A stretch of 28,121 nucleotides of DNA from a virus (lineage: Duplodnaviria > Caudoviricetes). Below, piece after piece: positions 23,957 to 28,121 of the stretch. Position 1 is the first letter of the stretch. Each line of letters starts with the position of its first letter. The stretch is from the IMG/VR virus record IMGVR_UViG_3300025608_000073, positions 1 to 28,121 of that record. One strand, given 5' to 3'. Made by a program: the position numbers and the translations under genes. The notes below the pieces were generated by a model. That model did no database searches and was not told where the DNA came from. It was given only the letters and a program-made list of their open reading frames with translations.

Positions 23957-24714
23957 TAGGGCCTCGTTTCGTTTTTGGGCACACTAATAGAGCGCACCCC
24001 CAGTGTAGCATACTTCTCGAACATTTGTTCGGGTTTCTCATCCTCGGCGTGTCGCAATTCCTCGGTATGGTCAATCTCGTACCTTAGCTGCCTCATCCCG
24101 CGGCCGTGGAGCCACACAGCGAGGCACGCGATACAACGAGCTTTAGTGTTTTCGAGCGAGCGGTACTGGACTACACGAGACTCGATTAGGATAGCCCGAC
24201 GGTACACGCCTTGCTCGTCTGTGGCGTGGCTGGCACCGCAACGAGGGCAGGGTGCCGTAATCTCTAACACGGTTGGCGGGTTTAGTTTTGACTCGATCCC
24301 GTACACCATAGACGCAATTTTTTTAGTTTTCTCTGCGATTACCGAGTCGGAAACTTTACGGCTTGTCGCTTGTTGTGCGAACTGTATATACCATTGTCGC
24401 AAGTTGCTCTCGGGGTCGGGAAACGGTTTAGCGTCCGACACCTCGCTATACAGTCGACGTATCTGCCGGCTGAGAGCCTCGTAATAGTCCAGGGCGTCCG
24501 CGTCGATAACGTTACGCTCTGAGGCCAGCCCCGCACCTTGCACGCTAGAGCCGAGGCTTGAGTGCACGAGCTCGCGTAACTGTTTTAGCAAAGCGTCGTG
24601 TTGTATATACACTTTTTGCTCTGTGCCGTCGTCGTCCTCTACGATCACCGCAGACTTGTGCGGTTGGCTTAGCCGGTCGACTAGGTTTAGCAGGTCGTCG
24701 TTAGAAGGGTGCAC
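23956..24714 (-). CDS. Zn-ribbon protein at the early/late boundary (possible late regulator)
   Basis: VD.L..P...LL.QLR...APCP.CG...C.AC...W; last early gene before a promoter. Confidence 0.65.
   Translation of the reverse strand: MHPSNDDLLNLVDRLSQPHKSAVIVEDDDGTEQKVYIQHDALLKQLRELVHSSLGSSVQGAGLASERNVIDADALDYYEALSRQIRRLYSEVSDAKPFPDPESNLRQWYIQFAQQATSRKVSDSVIAEKTKKIASMVYGIESKLNPPTVLEITAPCPRCGASHATDEQGVYRRAILIESRVVQYRSLENTKARCIACLAVWLHGRGMRQLRYEIDHTEELRHAEDEKPEQMFEKYATLGVRSISVPKNETRP
24002..24010 (-). promoter_or_regulatory. Extended -10 promoter element (putative late promoter)
   Basis: TG-C-TACACT, about 45 nt upstream of the exonuclease ATG. Confidence 0.62.
24017..24032. promoter_or_regulatory. 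LexA-binding SOS box (Actinobacteria/Gram-positive type)
   Basis: TCGAAC-ATTT-GTTCGG versus the consensus TCGAAC-N4-GTTCGA; perfect CGAACA-NN-TGTTCG palindrome. Confidence 0.8.
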
Positions 24715-25087
24715 TCTCGTCTACCGGTTTCGCCTGTCCAATAACTGCGGTAGGCCACATTTCCATAATGGCAGCCTCTTGGACCTTCTCGCCTGCAACC
24801 GTGACACTGGTGGCTCGCACCTTGATAGCGGAACCCGTGGAGCCGTCGCGTTTCGGGAATGTGCTAGTGCCGGTAATGCGACCCTTGACCTTGACCTGTT
24901 TTACACCCTCAAGGGCGTTACGTTGGTCTGTGGTGACGTCGTAAACGGTCTTGTCTACGGTCTCCCACTCGTCATTGTCGTTTTTCTTGCGGACGTCTAC
25001 AGCGACCTTTAACGCTACGCCCCAGTGGAACTCTTTAACATCGTTTAGCCAGCCTGTCACTTCGACAAGCGCCTCATTTTTCTCCAC
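24701..25087 (-). CDS. ssb: Single-stranded DNA-binding protein
   Basis: OB-fold pattern (V.V.G.L...VAV..RK.....WE...V.V.G......RDG.....V.A..V) and acidic C-terminal DESAPF. Confidence 0.88.
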   Translation of the reverse strand: MEKNEALVEVTGWLNDVKEFHWGVALKVAVDVRKKNDNDEWETVDKTVYDVTTDQRNALEGVKQVKVKGRITGTSTFPKRDGSTGSAIKVRATSVTVAGEKVQEAAIMEMWPTAVIGQAKPVDESAPF

Positions 25088-25149
25088 GGTTACCCCCTAA
25101 AATCGTTGACCAGTTGACAATATTACACGGTTGTAGTTTTAGCTCACCT

Positions 25150-25425
25150 TTAACGTGTGCCGGCGTGTCGCAAAATATCGTCTTTAGCGACCATAAGCCT
25201 ATTTTTTTGCATAACGTAAGCTATCTGTCCTGACTCTGTCCAACGTCTAATCGTGGCTACGTGGTAGTGGACGAGCTCGGCCGCCTCTTTTAGTGTTATC
25301 CACCTCGACTCGGCTGGTTGCTCGACAACCGTGGGCTCGGGGCGTTTAGGGGCTACGTACGTGTGGAACCGTTCACGCTTTAAAGCCTCTATGTCGATCC
25401 CTAACATTTCTGCTTGCCAGCTCAC
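25150..25425 (-). CDS. Excisionase-like/MerR-type HTH DNA-binding protein
   Basis: WITLKEAAELV.....TIRRW...G.I motif. Confidence 0.85.
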   Translation of the reverse strand: MSWQAEMLGIDIEALKRERFHTYVAPKRPEPTVVEQPAESRWITLKEAAELVHYHVATIRRWTESGQIAYVMQKNRLMVAKDDILRHAGTR

Positions 25426-25580
25426 TTTTCCCCCTGGTGGTCTGTTACACGGATAAGTAGAGTCTCTGCCCTTAGTTGCACAACGTCGGGTTTACTGTCC
25501 CCGCTGCATAGAGACGCTATTGCCTCGTCGCTCATCGGGCGAAACCCTGGCGGTAACCAAAACGGTTTAACCTCAGTCAA
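25422..25580 (-). CDS. Hypothetical protein, about 52 aa
   Basis: TTG overlaps the upstream TGA with a GAGG RBS; GTGA overlap downstream. Confidence 0.55.
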   Translation of the reverse strand: MTEVKPFWLPPGFRPMSDEAIASLCSGDSKPDVVQLRAETLLIRVTDHQGEK

Positions 25581-25993
25581 GACGCCACCTCGTACACGTG
25601 CTCGTCTATCCAAGCGCTCAAAACGCTAGGCGACACCTCCAAAGACTTACGGTAAATCTTAGAGCAACACGGCAGACACGCGGTAATAAGAGCCCCGTGC
25701 TCAGCACACTTAGGTTGCGGGTCACCCTCACGGTAATCATCCAACTCACGGGCAGACTTACTAGCCTCCTCATTGAGCTCTTTAGTGACCTCGTGAGACT
25801 TAGCCAATACGTGTTTAGGCTCTACCCACTTAATATTTACGTCTTGTTGCGCCTTCACAACGGATCGCTTAGCGACCTCATACGACAAGTACCCAATTAG
25901 CTCGTGCCAACTATCCACGACCCCATCGTTTACCTGCCGGTTATCCAACACGGCCAGCTTGCGGACTAACCGCTCTGTCTCCAACTTATCCAT
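25577..25993 (-). CDS. Helicase loader/inhibitor-like protein (SPP1 G39P-like)
   Basis: M...E...L......DNR.......W..L...L.Y..A..; coupled directly after the initiator. Confidence 0.65.
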   Translation of the reverse strand: MDKLETERLVRKLAVLDNRQVNDGVVDSWHELIGYLSYEVAKRSVVKAQQDVNIKWVEPKHVLAKSHEVTKELNEEASKSARELDDYREGDPQPKCAEHGALITACLPCCSKIYRKSLEVSPSVLSAWIDEHVYEVAS

Positions 25994-26697
25994 TACGCGC
26001 CTCTCTCTAGCTCTCGCAGTCTAGCCAGATTATCCTCAGCCCGCGACCGCGACTCGCCGCGCTTGCCCCGTGCCGGCAACGGCCCATCCTCCCACCGCTC
26101 ATTATTAAGCCAAGTAGCAGGATACGGCACATACGCCTTAGCAGGCAGATTAGGGTCACCCGCGAAACGTTGCGCACCCTCCACAACCAACCCCAACTTT
26201 TCAACGTCCACCTTAGCGAAAGCCTTACGAGCTCTAGCCTTATCCACCTTATGCGGGTACGCCTCCCAAAACACGTCGAACTGCGCACTATACATACTCT
26301 TAATTGGGTCTAGTTCATTGGGTCTAGTTAGTGTGTCGTTTTTGTCGCCCCCCCTATGTCGTTTTTGTCGCCCCCCTATGGTTATTTTGTCGCCCCCTCT
26401 GACACGTCGCAAAGTGTAAACACTACTGCGCTGCCCCGTGTCATCACGACGCAACTCTTTACCCAACGCGCCCACCTCGACCAGCTCACTTATCGCACGA
26501 TCGACAGACTTAATCGTGCACTTAGCCCTACCCGCAATAGTCGCCCTAGCCGGCCACGCCGTCATCGTCTGATTATCCGCGTACCTAGCAATAATCGCGT
26601 ACACCCTAATCGCCTTATGGCTTACCGCACTGTCTAATAGCCACTCGGGGACAATAGAAAACTTTAGGTCGGACTCGACCAGCTCACTCTCTCCCAT
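25993..26697 (-). CDS. Phage replication initiator (wHTH N-terminus, DnaD-like C-terminus)
   Basis: F..VP.W...AWP...TIA......SV.RAI.EL...G HTH; F..FW.AYP.K..K..A.KAF...PYPATWLN..RWED. Confidence 0.88.
   Translation of the reverse strand: MGESELVESDLKFSIVPEWLLDSAVSHKAIRVYAIIARYADNQTMTAWPARATIAGRAKCTIKSVDRAISELVEVGALGKELRRDDTGQRSSVYTLRRVRGGDKITIGGRQKRHRGGDKNDTLTRPNELDPIKSMYSAQFDVFWEAYPHKVDKARARKAFAKVDVEKLGLVVEGAQRFAGDPNLPAKAYVPYPATWLNNERWEDGPLPARGKRGESRSRAEDNLARLRELERGA
26303..26397. repeat. Iteron-like repeats (putative replication origin) inside the initiator gene
   Basis: Three copies of TTTTGTCGCCCCC at 22-23 bp spacing, plus two copies of ATTGGGTCTAGTT. Confidence 0.8.
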
Positions 26698-27100
26698 ATA
26701 TCTCTCTCATTCTCTCGAGGGCGTCACTCTCTGACACCGTTAACCGCTCATTATTGACTAAAAACTTCCAGCCGTCAAAATAGCGTACCGGCACGTCGCT
26801 AATATCCCACGAGTTGACCACCCAACGCGGTACACCCCACCCACGAGCCACGTACGCCTCTCTAAGCGACGCGTTAGACGTTTCCGCCACATTATGTGCC
26901 CAGCACAAACTAATCAGCCAGGCGGGCTCTGAGTCGTATTGGGCACTACCGCCCATACCACGGCTAACCCTATGCTGCACAGTCAACCCGCCACTACAAG
27001 GCAAGCTGAAACCCTGACCGACACACACACCACCGTCACGATCGTAAACGACCTGCCGGATACGCTCTACCTGTTTCTTAGACCGCTTACCAATACTCAC
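26684..27100 (-). CDS. HNH-like endonuclease
   Basis: V..RDGG.C...C.G.L..QHR..RGMGGS...L..LC..HN. Confidence 0.78.
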   Translation of the reverse strand: MSIGKRSKKQVERIRQVVYDRDGGVCVGQGFSLPCSGGLTVQHRVSRGMGGSAQYDSEPAWLISLCWAHNVAETSNASLREAYVARGWGVPRWVVNSWDISDVPVRYFDGWKFLVNNERLTVSESDALERMREIYGRE

Positions 27101-27438
27101 TAGGAGCCGTTAGGACGCTCTACAAGACGCAATAAGGTCGCCAAGTCCATAGTTACCCACCAGTCCTCAGCCTGGCCCTTACCAACCCTCTTATGCACCA
27201 CAACGGGGGGTTTATCGCCAGCCTGCGATACAGCTTGACCCCACCAGCCCGCCAAGTCCAAACGAGCCTGATTTTTAACCTCTATAGAGCACGGAAAATT
27301 AGTAATAATGTCCTCGCCCGACTGGTACCCGCCACGCGCAGCCCTAGACGTTACCGCAGTCCAACCGGCACGCTCCAAAGCCTTAGTAACCTCGACCTCT
27401 GCCTGGTTGCCTTTACGTCGCGAGCTAGCGCCAGACAC
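27100..27438 (-). CDS. Holliday junction resolvase, PD-(D/E)XK (Hjc-like)
   Basis: SRRKG...E.EV...L...G...G.DI...IEVKN...L..W..QA. Confidence 0.85.
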   Translation of the reverse strand: MSGASSRRKGNQAEVEVTKALERAGWTAVTSRAARGGYQSGEDIITNFPCSIEVKNQARLDLAGWWGQAVSQAGDKPPVVVHKRVGKGQAEDWWVTMDLATLLRLVERPNGS

Positions 27439-27441
27439 AAT

Positions 27442-27780
27442 CTAAGCCTGGCCCCACTCGAGCCGAATAAGCGGCCCCAACGAGCGCCCAATCTCCAACC
27501 GATCGCGCAAAGCTCGCAACCGGCTAACCTCAGCCCGTAACTCTTGGTCTGCAAGCTCAGCCGTAAAATAAGCGTCCGACATTTCCAACTCAGCCGTATA
27601 ACGCCTAACATCCATAGAGCCCTCACACGTCAAAAACGCACGAGCGTAACCCTTTTTATACTCAGCCTTAGCCCTAACCGCCGCCTCGTCGAGGTCCGCA
27701 ATAGTAGCGGTAGCCTCGTCAATTTCACGACCGATACGGCTAAGCGTGTCGATAATGTCCGCGGGTGTAAGGTTACTCAC
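27442..27780 (-). CDS. Coiled-coil protein, 112 aa (possible recombination accessory factor)
   Basis: All-helical; A.AFL...GS...R...A pattern; lies between the annealase and the resolvase. Confidence 0.75.
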   Translation of the reverse strand: MSNLTPADIIDTLSRIGREIDEATATIADLDEAAVRAKAEYKKGYARAFLTCEGSMDVRRYTAELEMSDAYFTAELADQELRAEVSRLRALRDRLEIGRSLGPLIRLEWGQA

Positions 27781-27973
27781 TCTTACCCTCTACACGCTCA
27801 CGGCGAGACTCCCGCATTTTACGGAACAACACCGAGGTCTGCTTGTAATAGTCAGTCCACGGCTTACCCTTGTCGCCAATAGTCCACTGGTCAGACGCAC
27901 CACACAACCGCACACGAGCTAAATACATCTCTAGCTGGTCGTTTACGTCTACATCCTGTATCGTGTAACTCAT
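27773..27973 (-). CDS. Hypothetical protein, 66 aa (second copy)
   Basis: Identical protein to 191-391. Confidence 0.85.
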   Translation of the reverse strand: MSYTIQDVDVNDQLEMYLARVRLCGASDQWTIGDKGKPWTDYYKQTSVLFRKMRESRRERVEGKSE

Positions 27974-28121
27974 TTTTTACCCCCTGTAATCATTGCCTTA
28001 CGATCTGTAACCATCTTACGCACAAAGTCGGCGTAACCGTCACGTTTCGCCATATTCCACAAAGCCTCGAGCTCGTCAACCGTGCCAGCCTTACTCACGT
28101 CGTCAAAAAACGTAGCAGGTG
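27970..28121 (-). CDS. Partial (3' end) copy of the annealase gene
   Basis: Inside the terminal repeat; reads KMVTDRK where copy 1 reads KIVTQRK. Confidence 0.85.
   Translation of the reverse strand, partial: PATFFDDVSKAGTVDELEALWNMAKRDGYADFVRKMVTDRKAMITGGKK

Larger units (their letters stand above)
27583..28121. repeat. Terminal direct repeat, copy 2
   Basis: Matches 1-539. Confidence 0.97.

Noticed and set aside
25114-25142. Plus-strand TTGACA as an antisense promoter
   Set aside because: No TANNNT at 16-18 bp spacing.
25150-25425. Excisionase-like gene as evidence of integration
   Set aside because: No integrase or att-like context is present, and this HTH family also acts as ordinary regulators.
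421-27882. Many plus-strand ORFs of 60-229 aa in the ORF track
   Set aside because: All are antisense shadows of well-supported minus-strand genes and have no recognisable motifs.

Overview
The window is an apparently complete, circularly permuted genome of a small siphovirus. Unit length is about 27,582 bp, because bases 1-539 recur as 27583-28121 with 14 substitutions. All credible genes are on the minus strand. The host is most likely an actinobacterium, based on WhiB, an r1t-type holin, ReqiPepy6 Gp37-like tail proteins and an actinobacterial LexA box. In transcription order the early block is WhiB, YqaJ exonuclease, Rad52/Sak-like annealase, Holliday junction resolvase, HNH, Rep initiator with iterons, helicase loader, HTH, SSB and a late-regulator-like protein. 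The late block is a DEDD exonuclease, small genes, HNH, putative cos, a Zn-finger-AEP primase/polymerase, TerS/TerL, portal, head, tail with a frameshifted chaperone, fibres and lysis genes. No integrase, CI-like repressor, ParAB, helicase, replicative polymerase, tRNA or CRISPR array was seen. The most notable observations are: (1) a near-perfect host LexA (SOS) box over an extended -10 promoter at the early/late boundary of a phage with no recognisable repressor or integrase; (2) a stand-alone Zn-finger-AEP gene with its own leaderless promoter between the putative cos and TerS; (3) paired GAGAY-loop RNA hairpins occluding the RBS of both TerS and scaffold; (4) an unannotated 30-aa peptide ending in CDSCQ that closes the lysis cassette; (5) an 82-nt multi-stem RNA candidate; (6) an InlB B-repeat fused to a fibre chaperone. 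All calls are by eye from motifs and synteny; no database search was run.
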